Part shown: one piece after another, positions 39,084 through 51,630 of the stretch
Position numbering within the stretch: position 1 is the first letter of the stretch
How the letters are laid out: each line of letters opens with the position of its first letter
Origin: Centroscyllium fabricii
Lineage: Eukaryota
Length of the DNA stretch: 64,000 nucleotides
Reading direction: 5' to 3'
Assembly (NCBI GenBank): GCA_051313645.2
Contig: JBNRSN020000003.1
Span: 435,302,001 to 435,366,000, forward strand
The notes under the pieces: model-generated
Seen by the model: only the letters and a program-made list of their open reading frames with translations
Told to the model about the DNA's origin: nothing
The model's database searches: none
Position numbers and translations under genes: made by a program

Positions 39084-39491
39084 CTGTAATCAAAAAGGAA
39101 ATGTATGATAATTCGTGGAATTTTAAACCAACATTCACTAGATAGTCCTGCTAAGAGCAAGTTACATTCTGTACAATAAATGTGCCTCACAATTTCTGCA
39201 ACTCAGTAAAAGATGAAGAAACTGCTCACAGGGAAACAAAAGTTCAGATTTGTCTTCTGTTAAAATAGTTAGTGTCTAAAGCAGAGAGGAATTTCATAAA
39301 CATTTTACATTTTAGATATAACACTGTCGTGTCATTTCAACCTAAATGAGTATAATGAAAACGCATAGCTTTACATTTTTGTCCCATCTTTGTACTCGCC
39401 TCATTATATATCATTTCTTGCTATTGCTCATTTTAGAGTATCACCAGTGCCTTGAAGCCACAACCCTAACCCCCAAAAAGAAAGTTATTAT

Positions 39492-39735
39492 TACATGGAA
39501 TTTACAGCACAGAAACAGGCCATTCCAGTGCCAGTGACGTGCTCCACATGAACCTCCTCCCACCCTACTTCAGCTAACCCCCATCAACATATCCTTCTAT
39601 TCCTTTCTCCCTCATGTACTTATCGAGCTTCCTCTCAAATACATCTACACTATTCACCTCAACTACTCCATCTGGTAGCAAGCTCCAAATTCAACCATTC
39701 TCTGGGTAAAGAAATTTCTCCTGAATTCCATATTA
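39492..39735 (-). mobile_element. CR1 3' end
   Basis: Reverse complement of the 25881-26125 family. Confidence 0.78.
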
Positions 39736-40574
39736 TACAAAGACACCGCAGCTGGTATGTGCATAGGTTTGACATTGTACTTGCTGCACCTAGTTATTTG
39801 CTTTTCCACCTTGTAGAACTCTAACTGCCCGAACTGACTGGCCCCACTATATTTTTTTGTGGATGGTAGTTTTGACTAATTGTTTGGCATGTGCCATTTC
39901 CAGCTGTCAAATTAAGTCCTGCTTTAAAAGCCACACACTGCTCATCAATTTCCCCTCAAGGTTCACTGCTGCACTGGTTACAAACTAGTAAGAAATGATC
40001 TCCAAATTACAGACAAGCTCCAAGGACTGAACAAAAGATTACACGGGGGAACTTAATGGACTGAACAGTACATTAAAGAGGAATCTTCAATTGAATTATT
40101 TAATATTTCTAATACTTTCTGGTCATTTTTAATATACATACACAAATGTAAGGATAAATTTCAAGTTCCCAAGGGACAAGCCACATCTGTTTACAAGGAT
40201 GTTGGGGGAGGGGGTGCAGGGGAAGAGGATGAAATAAAGACATGATGCAGAGAAGATGAGTATCTATTCTTGTGAACTGATACGATTTCCCAACCTCCCA
40301 CTGCGGGGCTCCTCCTTCAGATCACAGACAATACACTGAAGCATAGATAACAAACAACATTATGAAGTAATTCATTACTCTGGCCCCAATTATCTCTAAT
40401 CACCGCAGCAGAACAGTACCCCTGGTGACCAGGGCCATCAGCTCCCAAAACCCAGTCTTGCAGAAATGCCACCAGCTACTGAGGCAGACAGAAAGAAAGC
40501 TTTAGTGTTGAACCTTCCACATGAAAACAAGCTCCAATGATGAATAACACTCAGACACTACTCCAAAAAAAAGG

Positions 40575-40920
40575 AAGAAGTCACACACCACCAGGTTATA
40601 GTCCAACAGTTTTATTTGAAATCACAAGCTTTCGGAGTGCTGCTCCTTCATCAGGTTTGTAAGAGAGATTCATTTAAACATAGCATATATAGAGGGAGAG
40701 AGCAGTGTAATCTTTCCAACATCACACCAGTTGTTGGAAAGATTACATTGTTCTCCCTCCTATATATGCTATTTTTAAATGAATCTCTCTTACAAACCTG
40801 ATGAAGGAGCAGCGCTCCGAAAGCTTGTGATTTAAAATAAAACTCTTGGACTATAACCTGGTGTTGTGTGACTTCTTGCATTTGTCCACCCCAGTCCAAC
40901 ACCGGCACCTCCACATCATG
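40575..40920 (+). mobile_element. Penelope-like element with a long inverted repeat and hammerhead-like cores
   Basis: Arms at 40575-40721 and 40732-40877, core CTGATGAAGGAGCAGCGCTCCGAAAGCTT, and 12-bp TSD CCAAAAAAAAGG. Confidence 0.88.
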
Positions 40921-41923
40921 CCAAAAAAAAGGTACGACTCATAAATCCCACTTTGAAGTGAAAAAGTTACTTCATTTTTTTTCAATTTTCAGAGTTATAC
41001 AATTCCATTCAAAAATACCTCACCAGTGCCTCTTCTAAATTCATTAGAATTTCAACAATAAAATTTACTCAGACACTTTGAGATTTTAATTCTTTTTAAA
41101 TTGGAAGTCAAGTTTGAATTCCCTACCCTGTTAAAGTTGAAACATTTCCACCCTACATATTGTGTAAGGAGTAGATTTACTTTTTAAAAACAAATTTAGT
41201 ATAGAAATGTTTATTCATAAGCCAAAAAACCCTTTAATGCTGCTGTTTGGAAAATTAATTGTTTTTTGCCTTGTGGCATTAAGAATTATATTCTTTCTGG
41301 TCTCTACTTGTGGTGCGCACCACCTCAACCAGGAGGGCAGACAGGCATCCGTTTTATTCTATAACCCAGTATGCAGAGGAGCCCATGGCATGTTGGTTAC
41401 AGCACAACAGCAGAGATCAGAAACCGTACAACCTTCCCAACTGAGACTGGCTAATTTGGCAGAGAACAAGCATCATACTTTGGACCCTCTCGTCTACACA
41501 GTTCAGTGCAATACACACTGCATTTACCCAATGAGCAAAGGTTTATTTTAATAACCAGGTTTTATTTTATTACATCAACATACAGATAAGAAAATTAACA
41601 CTGCTCAAGTGGAATACTCAGACTTCAGGTCCAAATCTGAATTTGGCATTTCTGGATCCTAACTTCAAGTGTCTAATACTGTATATATATATTAAAAATC
41701 CATAATTAATTTTTGGCAAATCTAAATTTCAAATTCAGCCAAACCCATATCTGAGTTCTGAATTGAGCCAATTTGGAATCCAAAACTATATTACAGTTCA
41801 AGCCTACAGTCATTTTGGGCAATAGTGAGACCATCAGATTTAGGCACAAATATGAAGCGGGTTCAAGTTATAAATGGTCACTAGAATGTTTCCATTACTT
41901 GGTACTTGTAAGAAAAGAAAATA

Positions 41924-42409
41924 CAGGTTGAGCACCGGAATTCTGGCACGGGCGGGACCAGGCCCATGCCGGGAAAGTGAAAAAAACGGTAGAATGAAGT
42001 CGGTCAGTGTGCATGCGCGCACCATTCAAAATGGCCGCGCGCATGCGCACAACATTGGAAATGGCCGCCGAACGTCTTTGTGGAGTCTCAGCTGCGGTTT
42101 GTGCCTCCTGATGACGACCAGCAGGCTGCTCCGGGGAACCGCGCACTTCACCATGGCGGGCGCTCGGGACTCGCACATTCAAAACGCGGCGCGGGCCGCG
42201 CCTTGACGCCACGGAAGGCCCGGCTCGTCTGGCGGCCGTTTTGAATGATCTGCGCATGTGCTCGCCGTTCGGCGGCGCATGCGCAGATCATTCGCCGAAG
42301 CCTCGATCGCGGCTGCCATTTTGCGCATGCGCAGTGCAGTCGGGGCAATTTGTTCCGGAAGACTGAAGTTGCCGGCGTTTCGGGTAACGGATTACCGGTG
42401 CTCAACCTG
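41924..42409. mobile_element. pogo/Tigger-like MITE (TIR resembling Tigger4/Zombi), copy 1
   Basis: TA-CAGGTTGAGCACCGG ... CCGGTGCTCAACCTG-TA. Confidence 0.9.
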
Positions 42410-42735
42410 TACTCTATACTTTAGTAATCTACAGCAGTGGTGCAATGACCTCACTGCCATGAATGGCGAGAAATATGCATTTCTAAAAAGGGAAAACTGA
42501 AGAAACACCGAAATACCAAAGGTTGCAGCAGCCAAGTTGACCCACGGAGGGATGACATTAGCTGGCCTGCAGAACACATCTCTGATCTGCAAAGTTAGTT
42601 ATTTTTTCCATGTTTCGAAAATGATGCCTTTCTAAACTCCAACAGCAATTCATAAGGAGCCTTGCTTCTTTTGAGTTCAGGACTCTATCATTGCAGGCAG
42701 AAATTATATTTCATAGCAGTACAGGAAAGAAAATA

Positions 42736-43404
42736 CAGGTTGAGCACCGTTTATCCGGTAACCGAAAAGCCGGCAACTTCAGTCGTCCGGCATAAATCGC
42801 CCCGACTGCCCTGCACATGCGCAAAATGGCTGCCGCGATCGAGGCTTCGGCGAATGATCTGCGCATGTGCTTGCCGTTCGGCGGCGCATGTGCAGATCAT
42901 TGACATGCGCAGGGCAGTCGGGGCGAGCAGACAGACAGGAGAGGACAGGCGAGAGAGAGCAGCAGAGCCCAGTCCAGCCTTTGATCAGCCAGCAGGCCCG
43001 GCACATTCACACTCACCGTCCCGATGGCATCAGGAGACGCCGACCCCATGGAAGGCAGCAGCGGCTTCAGCAGTGACTCAGGAGGCTGAGAGCTCCGGCG
43101 CCTCGGAGTCGCTGGGAGACGAGGAGGAGGCCTTCTCTGACCTGTCGAATGAAGAGCAGATGCCCGACATCGAGGGCCCAACTTCGCGGCGGCCATTTCG
43201 CATTATCTGCGTATGCGCTTGCCATTCGGCGGCGCATGCGCAGATCATTCAAAACTTCGGCGGCCATTTCCAATGTTGTGCGCATGCACGCGGCCATTTA
43301 GAATGGTGCGCGCATGTGCACTGGCCAGCTTCATTCTTCTGGTTTTTTTGGTATACCGGCGCAGGCCTAGTCCCGCCTGTGCCGGTATAATGGTGCTCAA
43401 CCTG
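42736..43404. mobile_element. pogo/Tigger-like MITE, copy 2, inverted relative to copy 1
   Basis: TA-CAGGTTGAGCACC ... GGTGCTCAACCTG-TA. Its subterminal sequences are the reverse complement of those in copy 1. Confidence 0.9.
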
Positions 43405-43524
43405 TAGAACAGTCTTGGACAAATAACACAGAATAAGCTGATCTGATAGCAGACATCAAGGAAAAGTTCTGCTTTTAAGATGTGCATTCACAGAAGAAAA
43501 GTTATTCCCCCTCACACATACATA

Positions 43525-44201
43525 GAGAGAAAAATTGGGTTGCATTGGGGCACTAACGGGAGTCGCAAAGCACTTCGTACCCGGGCGCGGCGCCACTAAC
43601 GCCTCCTGTGAAATTCAGCGGGAGGTCAGCGGCGGTGGCAGTCCGTAGCACCCCGCGGTGCTGCACCTCCGGCGATGACATCATTGCTGTGAGCAGCGCC
43701 CCGACCTATCGCCGGATGCCATGTCCAACAGGGTTTGGGTGTTGTGCTTGTGGCCGCAGCGGCGCAAATTAAAGGGCAGGTGCCAGGCAGCCATTTTTTT
43801 GGGCCGCCTACCAGCACCTGCCTCCTTTCGTCTCCTCCTGTGGGGTGCCGGCCGCCATCGGTCAACCCGGCACTCGAGTGCCGGACTCTTTTGCTGGCAC
43901 CCCACTCCCCGGTGGTCCAGCAGGGCTCCGGTGTGCACTGCGCTAGGCCCCTCCCCTATAATCAGGGGAGGGAGGCCTGTAATACCGCGGCACTATGAGC
44001 TGACTCGCGTGGCGCTGTTGCGCATAGTGCCGCAATATTGAATGGTAGCGCCCCAAGAGGGAGGGGGAGCGCTTCCAGTAGCACCTTGCCTCCTGCTTGG
44101 GGCGCTACCATTCAATTTCCGACGTGGGGGTGCTAACTTTTTCAGGGCACCAATAGTGCGAAGTTAACACCCCAAAGCGGGCGCAACCCAATTTTTCACC
44201 C
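43525..44201. mobile_element. Harbinger-type MITE, family Y
   Basis: TIR GAGAGAAAAATTGGGTTGC / GCAACCCAATTTTTCACCC, flanks ATA/ATC. Confidence 0.82.
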
Positions 44202-46699
44202 ATCGACTCTAAACTGGAAAGGCTTACTGTTCATACTTAGTTTTTCCCCCAAAAGCTATGGGCACTTGGTTAGTTCCGATCAAAGAAGATTGGGATCCTT
44301 GCACTGGATGCCATTGTTTGCACTGCTAAAACTGGCTCTCTTATCCCATAGCTAGAATTGTATGCCAATAAAAATGACATCACTCCCCTCAGTTGGGACT
44401 AACCAAATGTAAAAGTGCCTTATAACTCCTGTCACCTCTGGTACTAGGTCACTAAAATAAAATGAAAGCAATAAAACAAGCTACCTGCATTTAGCTTATT
44501 ACATGCATGCAAAGATTTAAAAAAGTCCTTTTGTTCCAACTCCGTGCTTGGTCTCCTCAAGCAATGTACAGTACCTACCACAGCCAACCAGAGCCTCTGC
44601 TATATCGCACCCGGACTGGGCATAGGAGTCGTGCAAGAGCAGTCTGATGATAGTACAGGTACTTCCTTGCCACTCACCCTGAGGAAGCAGTTGGCCTTTG
44701 CTGAGCATTACCAAGATTGGGAACTCCACAACATACAAAAAAATTGGTGAAGGAGTGGACAGTGGCAACAGGGAAAGAAGAAAAAAAAATGGTAGTAAAC
44801 ACACTATTTTACAACATCTCTAGATGGTGTTGTAACTGACAGCTCTACTGAAATAAGAACCAAATTTTGCAGGTGCCCAGCAGAAGCGTCTCACAACAGA
44901 ATGGGGGGGGGGGGGGGGGGGCGTGGAATGGCAGGGTAGTCCAAACTGGATGGTAACTCACACCTTTTGGTGGTTTTGACAAGAGGCCTGGAGGAAAGCT
45001 CCATGCCCAATTTCTCAGCAACAAAGAGAAAGCAGGCAGAGTAAACAGGAATAAATTATTTTAGAAATAAATGTGGTGAATGCTTAATGCAGTTTTCAGA
45101 ATTTTTTTTGCTTGCTATTTCCATTGAATGGATTTTATTTATCACCTTTTTTCCCCTTTATTGATACTTTTGTCTGGAATTCCTTTACCTGCTATTTTAG
45201 CAGAGGAAGCTTGGGTCCTTGGAGAGCAATGCCAAAACAGCATCCCTGCATTGCTGTCTTATTTTCATATTTGACATCTGTTGGCAGTCCAGTGCAGATA
45301 AATTGAATCCAGAGGAGGCTGTTCAAACCCAGATCTGGAGACTCATGAAAAGTGGGTCTTCACTGCTACCAGAACAACATAGGTTGGGTGATTTACACCG
45401 GGGAGCTCCTTCGACTGCACCAAGACTATGGAATTGACAGTACCACAGGAATACAAGAGTGCCTGGTGATTCAAGCTTCAGTGGTTCTCACTAGTTTGAA
45501 AGACTGTATAACTCACTTGCCGTTATGGGTCGTTTGCACTCATGAACCCACTCCTATAATAAACTGCAGCTGTCAGTAATATCCTATAGATTTGTTCTAG
45601 AATAAACATGAAAAGATAAGATCATTAATGGCTAATGAGTTGTTAATGAGTTGTAGTTGGACAAATGCAGTTGTGCATTATTGTTCCTCAACAATAAATG
45701 TTAAATTAGTAGCTATTTACTTGATGCTTTTACCTGGCCTGATCCTCCCCCCCCCCTCGAGCAGTTTTGTATCAGCCCTGAGTGGAGTCAACAGGTTACC
45801 CACTGTTACAAAGTGTCTTCCTCATGTCACAAGAAGATGGAGCAATTGTTAATGCTTGAGCAACCAAGCCACTGAATGGTTCATTAGGTTTCAAGAGGTT
45901 GTTTTTTCATTGAATGCCTTTTAGCTTCAATGGGCTGTTATCATTAGCACAGGGTGCAGCCCCACAGAGGTAGTCTCAGGTCTAGTATGGACACAGTCTG
46001 GGGCAAAGGCAGTTATTTCCACCCACTTTTGCTTATTTAAAATGGCAAATCGCAGCTCTTGTGATTTCATTTTTTAATGTTTTATAATCTGCGGGGACTA
46101 TTGTGATCTGCAAGTGTTTGACTCTTTATAAACTCCATGGGTATTTTACATTTGAAAAAAGGTCACAAATAAATCAAACTGGAAATAATAATTAAACTGA
46201 GTAATAGAAAACACTGAATTTTCATAAATGCATTTGAGTGCATGAATTCAGGATTTTAAAAGGCCCTAAAATTTGCATTCTCAAATTAAATTCTCTATTT
46301 CCCCGACACATTTGTCTATATAACAAGTGACTGTACTTCAAAATGAATAGGTGAAATGCTTTGTGACATTCCAGAGAGACACAATACATTAGAAATGGAA
46401 GCTCTTCATTTGAAAAATTAATTTTTTTTTACAAAAAAGATTTACGCATTTAATTGTGTTTCCATTATTGGGAAAAGTTAGTTAAATGAAAACTCTGCAC
46501 AAGTTTAGCATTGATCAATTTGTCTGTGCAGCAGTCACCTATTTTTATGGAACACAGACATCAATTATTATATAGGTTAAGTGCAAATCAAAAGGTGAAT
46601 TTCATCAAAATAGTAACGTGGTTTACAGACAAAAACTATCTAAAGTTGAAACAGAAACAGAAAATGCTGGAAACAGCCTCTCTGGCACTGAAAAATTAA

Positions 46700-47105
46700 C
46701 TTTTACAAGTGTGGAGTCTTATTCCTTCAGATTTTAATTACCGCTGGAGATTTTTATTTTAAATTTAATGAATTTTTGCTTTTTTTTTGGTCTCTTATCC
46801 CTCTCTCTTAATCCAATCTTTCTTTCCCTCTCTAATTCACTTTCCATACCCAAATGAATTCAATATTCTAACTGACACTTCCTGATTCAGACTCTGCACT
46901 GCTCATTAATGATTCTTCAATCCGATTGGTTAAGGAGATACACAATCTGCTTCCTTGTTGACACAGGTCCCAGGTGCCCTGTAGAGGGCGCTGCCCTTTT
47001 TGGATGATTGGCTGACAGCAACTTGCTGTGCAAAAGCCCACAGATCATCTACGGGCAACTGCAAGTCTAACATTTGGGTTCGCTGCTCAGGGCAAAATCT
47101 GGTCC
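46700..47105. mobile_element. Old repeat fragment ending in a Harbinger-like terminus
   Basis: Ends in gcaaaatctggtcc (rc GGACCAGATTTTGC). The left end was not found. Confidence 0.4.
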
Positions 47106-47978
47106 ACTTCATTTGTGCCCTTCTCCTCCAGATCAGGCAACCATGTGTAATGCATCTGCCATTCATTTCATTGACATAAATCCTTTGTATTCTAAACATG
47201 AATTTTATTACTATCAAGGATGTCATGATCTGATTTTTGTGTTATCTTTCTGCAGGCTGGCACTTAAGTTATAATTTTGCCAGTGTACAGACCCTAGCTT
47301 TCACTGATCTGCATAATGCATTCAACTGCACTTGATGGGCTAAAATATTAAAATAATACTGCTTTGACTTTTTCCATTGTTGGCAGGCCATAATATCCAT
47401 CAGCACATACAGAATACTCCTGTAATAAAGCACTTTTTTCTGGCATAATCAGTACATTGTTCCATTGCACCAGTGACATCACAGCGTCATTTCTCCATTT
47501 ACCTCATTTATGCTATCAATCCATTACCCAACACTTGGGATGTTCAGGATAGCGATTAACAGGGAGCACTTGTGATTTTTCCATCCCTGAAGTCAGTGAA
47601 TGCGTCCATACCTTTCCAATATGCACTGGTTTCTTTATTTAGACTATTATCCCATCTTGTCCAAAGTAAGGGGGTAACAAAGTACTAATGTTGAGGAGAT
47701 CCCTTGCCAACTCCTGTGAACAAGCAGCCAAACTAACTCACTGCCACATTTTCTACAATACCACCGACAACCATTCGTAAACACGCAGCATCATTTAGCA
47801 TGTCATAACATCATGACATTCTTTGCAAGAAAGAAAGTAAATAGGGTAGTGGCAGATCAAACCACATTTCTGGCAGTTTACTCAAGCAGTAATTATTTCA
47901 ATCACAGCTACTCATTTTCTACTGTAGGCTATTTATACATTGAGGTGAAAACTTATAAGAAAATTTAGAAAATACAAA

Positions 47979-48741
47979 GGGGGGGATTTCTGCGGGTCCA
48001 TGAGGGCAGCATTCTGGCGGGGCCTAAAAATCACAGAATGGGGGGGGGCCCGACCCACCCCCCGGCCGGCTTGTAAGTTTCGGGCGGCGTGTCCCACCGT
48101 TCCGAATCTTTCCTGCCCGCCACCAGCGGGGATGCTCCTTCAGGTAATTAAGGGCCCTTAATTGGACTGGATAATGCCATTTTAAGGGCCCTCACCTATT
48201 TTAAACCCTTTCCCACCCAAACCCCGCCATCCTGAAACCCCACTGATGAAACCCAGCGGGAGCACAGTGGCCTTGGTCACTTTCACCTTCAAGGCATTGA
48301 AGGACCTAGAGCAGAATGCTTTCCAGGCCTTCAACACCCTGGAGGTGTAAGCGACTCCCTTTTCTGAGGGCCATCTGTGGAGAAAAAAACTTAAGCAACT
48401 TACTTTGACAGATGGATTGAGAGACGGTCCCTAACTGTCAAAGATTTTCAGCGCGACCGTCCAACTGTCACTCAAACCACTTGGGCTTTGCGATTGGTTG
48501 CACTCCATTGTGATGTCACAGTGGAGTGTTTCCATGGCAACTGTCAACAAACAGCCCATACAACTGTCAGTCAAAGTCCTCGCTCCCAGCTGCAGCGCCT
48601 TGATTGCTCCCCGCACGTGGGGATTTAATTGATCAATTTAGGCAAATTTGCGTCGGGTTCCCAGGCCCTTGGGCAGACGGGACAGAAATCCGACCCGACC
48701 AATCCCCGCCAGGTTCCTGCACGTTCGGGAATATCGCCCCC
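47979..48741. mobile_element. Non-autonomous PIF/Harbinger element, family X copy C (diverged subfamily)
   Basis: G7ATTTC / GAATATCGCCCCC TIRs. Shares gggcccttaattgg, ttttaagggccctca and the right end with copies A, B and E. Confidence 0.85.
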
Positions 48742-49332
48742 ATAGTAATCTTTCATAATTTCTAATCACCTTGACAATTTTTAAATTGAAGAATGTTATT
48801 TCAACTCCTTGAAAACAATGAGAAGCATTATTAATGTTACTATTTGCTGATGATTGGTCATGTTTGTTAAGTGAATAAGAGCTATGCAGGTTAGTAGGTC
48901 CCATGCTCAATTTCTGGCGAGACAGTTAATCTCAGCCGGAGTGAATCACAGGCAAGGGGGAGAATTAGCTAGGAATCTTGTTCCTATTATGATCTGTTGG
49001 AAACTGTGCACTTATGCAGTGAGTGTTAACAAGCCGCTTTGCCAGCGACATCATAACCAAACCTGATGTCCAACTGCATCTGTATCACGATTGTGTTTGG
49101 TTGTGATGTTTCTCATGATCAAATTGCCAGCACTCACCGTCTAGGCTCACACAGGAAGAATAACTATTTGAGTGAGGGAATCAGTGACCACATACCACCT
49201 GTGAAACCCTACTCTATGGAGATGGGGAGAGGGTAAAAAATTATCATAGCCCAACCCAATCCTATCATGAACCAATGTCCTATGCTCATACTTTCAGCAA
49301 TCAGGAGTGGGAACAGTGACAAAGATTTTTTC

Positions 49333-49460
49333 CATAATGCGGAGGTGCCGGTGTTGGACTGGGGTGGACAAATGCAAAAAGTCACACAACACCAGGTTTA
49401 AAGTCCAACGTTTTATTTTAAATCACAAGCTTTCGGAGCTTTTGCCCCTTCGTCAGGTGA
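49333..49460 (-). mobile_element. Penelope-like 3' end without an inverted arm
   Basis: Reverse complement of 40797-40920, with core CTGACGAAGGGGCAAAAGCTCCGAAAGCTT. Confidence 0.82.
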
Positions 49461-49749
49461 AAGAGAAACTAAAGTCAAAGATCACACACATGGGGGAGGG
49501 GAGAAATTTGATCCCATACATCCAACCCTAGAGCACACAAGCATATTAGCATACCTTAACACCTCAGTCTGCGAACAATGGGGCACAATTGCAAAACACA
49601 GAGTGATTTTTTTCCCCTTCTTTAAAGCAAAAAAGACACATCAAAAGGGTGCAGTCACAGGGCCTAACGCTAGTCTGCTGTAAATCCCACAGAATTACTT
49701 TTTTTATATAAAAAAGATTTTTTCATCCAAGAAAGAAATTAAATAAAGA

Positions 49750-49885
49750 AATAACTTGCATTTATATAGCGCCTTTATTGACGTCAGGACATCCCAAACC
49801 ACAGCCAATGAATGACATTTTTTGAAGTGTAGTAACCATTGTAATGTAGGGAAACATGGCTGCAATTTGCACACAGCAAGGTCCA
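49750..49885 (-). mobile_element. SINE/L2 3' tail fragment
   Basis: aacttgcatttatatagcgccttt...ttgtaatgtaggg matches 13440-13570. Confidence 0.7.
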
Positions 49886-50130
49886 ACAACCGGAGAAGGT
49901 GGTTGGGGCTTCAATTTAATGTTGCACAGTTCACTGGTGAGACTACATTTGCCTATATGGTGCGCATTCTACTGTGAAAAAATTAATGTGTTGGAGATAA
50001 CTCAGAAAAGGACTAAAGTGATCTGGGGAATTAAAGTTCCAGGGTGTATGTTTTTCTTTTAATATTCAGCACAGCCAGCAGCACGCACATGTAGTGCTCC
50101 TGCCACCAACAGAAAACTATCCATATAAAA

Positions 50131-50712
50131 ACATAAGAACTTAAGAAATAGGAGCAGGAGTCGGCCATTCAGCCCCTCAAGCCTGCTTCGCCATTCAATA
50201 AGGTCATGGCTGATCTGATCTTAGTCTCAACTCCACTTTCCTGTCCGCTCCCCATAACCCTTGATACCCCTGTTTTTCAAAAAATCTGTCTATCTCCGCC
50301 TTGAATATATTCAATAACTCAGCCTCCACAGCTCTCTGGGGTAGAGAATTCCAAAGATTCACGACCCTCTGAAAGAAGATATTCCTCCTCATCTACGTTT
50401 TAAATGGGCGACCCCTTATTCTGAAACTATGCCCCCTAGTTCTAGATTCCCCCACGAGGGGAAACATCCTCTCTGCATCTACCCTGTCAAGCCCCCTCAG
50501 AATCTTACATGTTTCAATAAGATCACCTCTCATTCTTCTAAACTCCAATAAGTATAGGCCCAACCTGCTCAACCTTTCCTCATAAGACAACTCCTTCAAC
50601 TCAGGAATCAACCTGGTGAACCATCTCTGAACTGCCTCCAATGCAAGTATATCCTTCCTTAAATAAAGAGACCAAAACTGTACGCAGTACTCCAGGTGTG
50701 GTCTCACCAACG
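50131..50712 (-). mobile_element. CR1 LINE 3' fragment
   Basis: LVRPHLEYCVQFW...LEFRRMRGDLIET...QRVVNLWNSLPQ plus tail. Confidence 0.93.
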
Positions 50713-51091
50713 TCCTTGGAAGCAAACGTCACAAAGCACTCCTTCCTAATAGGCCAATTGGTCTGGTGGAGTGTTATTAAAAGAAATAGTGGGAGAGTGA
50801 GCTCGGAGACGGTGAAACACTCCAACCTAAAACAGTTAATTTTGTGTCAATTAACAGCTTAAAAAAAATAGTTGTATGAATATCCAGTTAGGAATAGAAC
50901 TGAGGAAGACAATACTTTTCAAAATGCTGGGTCCATGGAACTAGCATGCCAAAGGCAAGTGTCACAGGACTTATAATGGAGGCTGCAAGGAGAGACAGAT
51001 ACTTCGGGGGTTCACTCAATTTACCTTTGCGGGGAGAAAATGAAGGTCAGCAGAACCTTTCCTCTGGCAATTAAATGGGTGGAGTAGCATT

Positions 51092-51630
51092 CATAGGAAC
51101 AGGAGGAGGCCCTTCAGCTCCTCGAGCCTGTTCCGCCACTCAATTAGATCATGGCTGATCTGTACCTCAACCCCATTCACTTGCCTTTGCTCCATATCCT
51201 TTGATAACTCACCAGTTAAAAATCTATCGATCTCAGTTTTGAAAGCTTCAACTGACCCAGCATCCACAGCCTTTTGGGGGGGAAAGAGAGAGAGTTACGA
51301 ATTTCTACTACCTTTTGAAGTGCTTCCTGATTTCAATCCTCAATGGCCTGGCTCTAATTTTAAGATTATGCCCTCTTGTTCGGGATTCTCCACCAGATGA
51401 AATAGTTTACATCTACCCTATCGAATGCTTTTATCATTTTAAATACCTCGATTCGATCATCCCTCAACCTTCTAAACTCCAGGAAATGCAAGCCGGATTT
51501 ATGCAACCTGTCCTCATAATTTAACCCTAAACCCTGGTATAATTCTGGTGAATCTGTGCTGCACCCACTCCAAGACCAATATACCCTTCCTGAGATGCAG
51601 TCTCTAAAACTGAATGTAGTACTCCAGTGG
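51092..51630 (-). mobile_element. CR1 LINE 3' fragment (older subfamily)
   Basis: CR1 tail stem and decayed ORF2 end. Confidence 0.82.

Noticed and set aside
42662-43390. 242-aa ORF
   Set aside because: It starts outside and runs through a GC-rich MITE, has no recognisable domain, and its openness is explained by the low stop-codon density.
48246-48350. 34-codon plus-strand micro-ORF over the family X hairpin, same length in copy D
   Set aside because: Copy D lacks the ATG, changes are mostly non-synonymous, and A/B/E lack the stop. Base pairing explains the conservation better.
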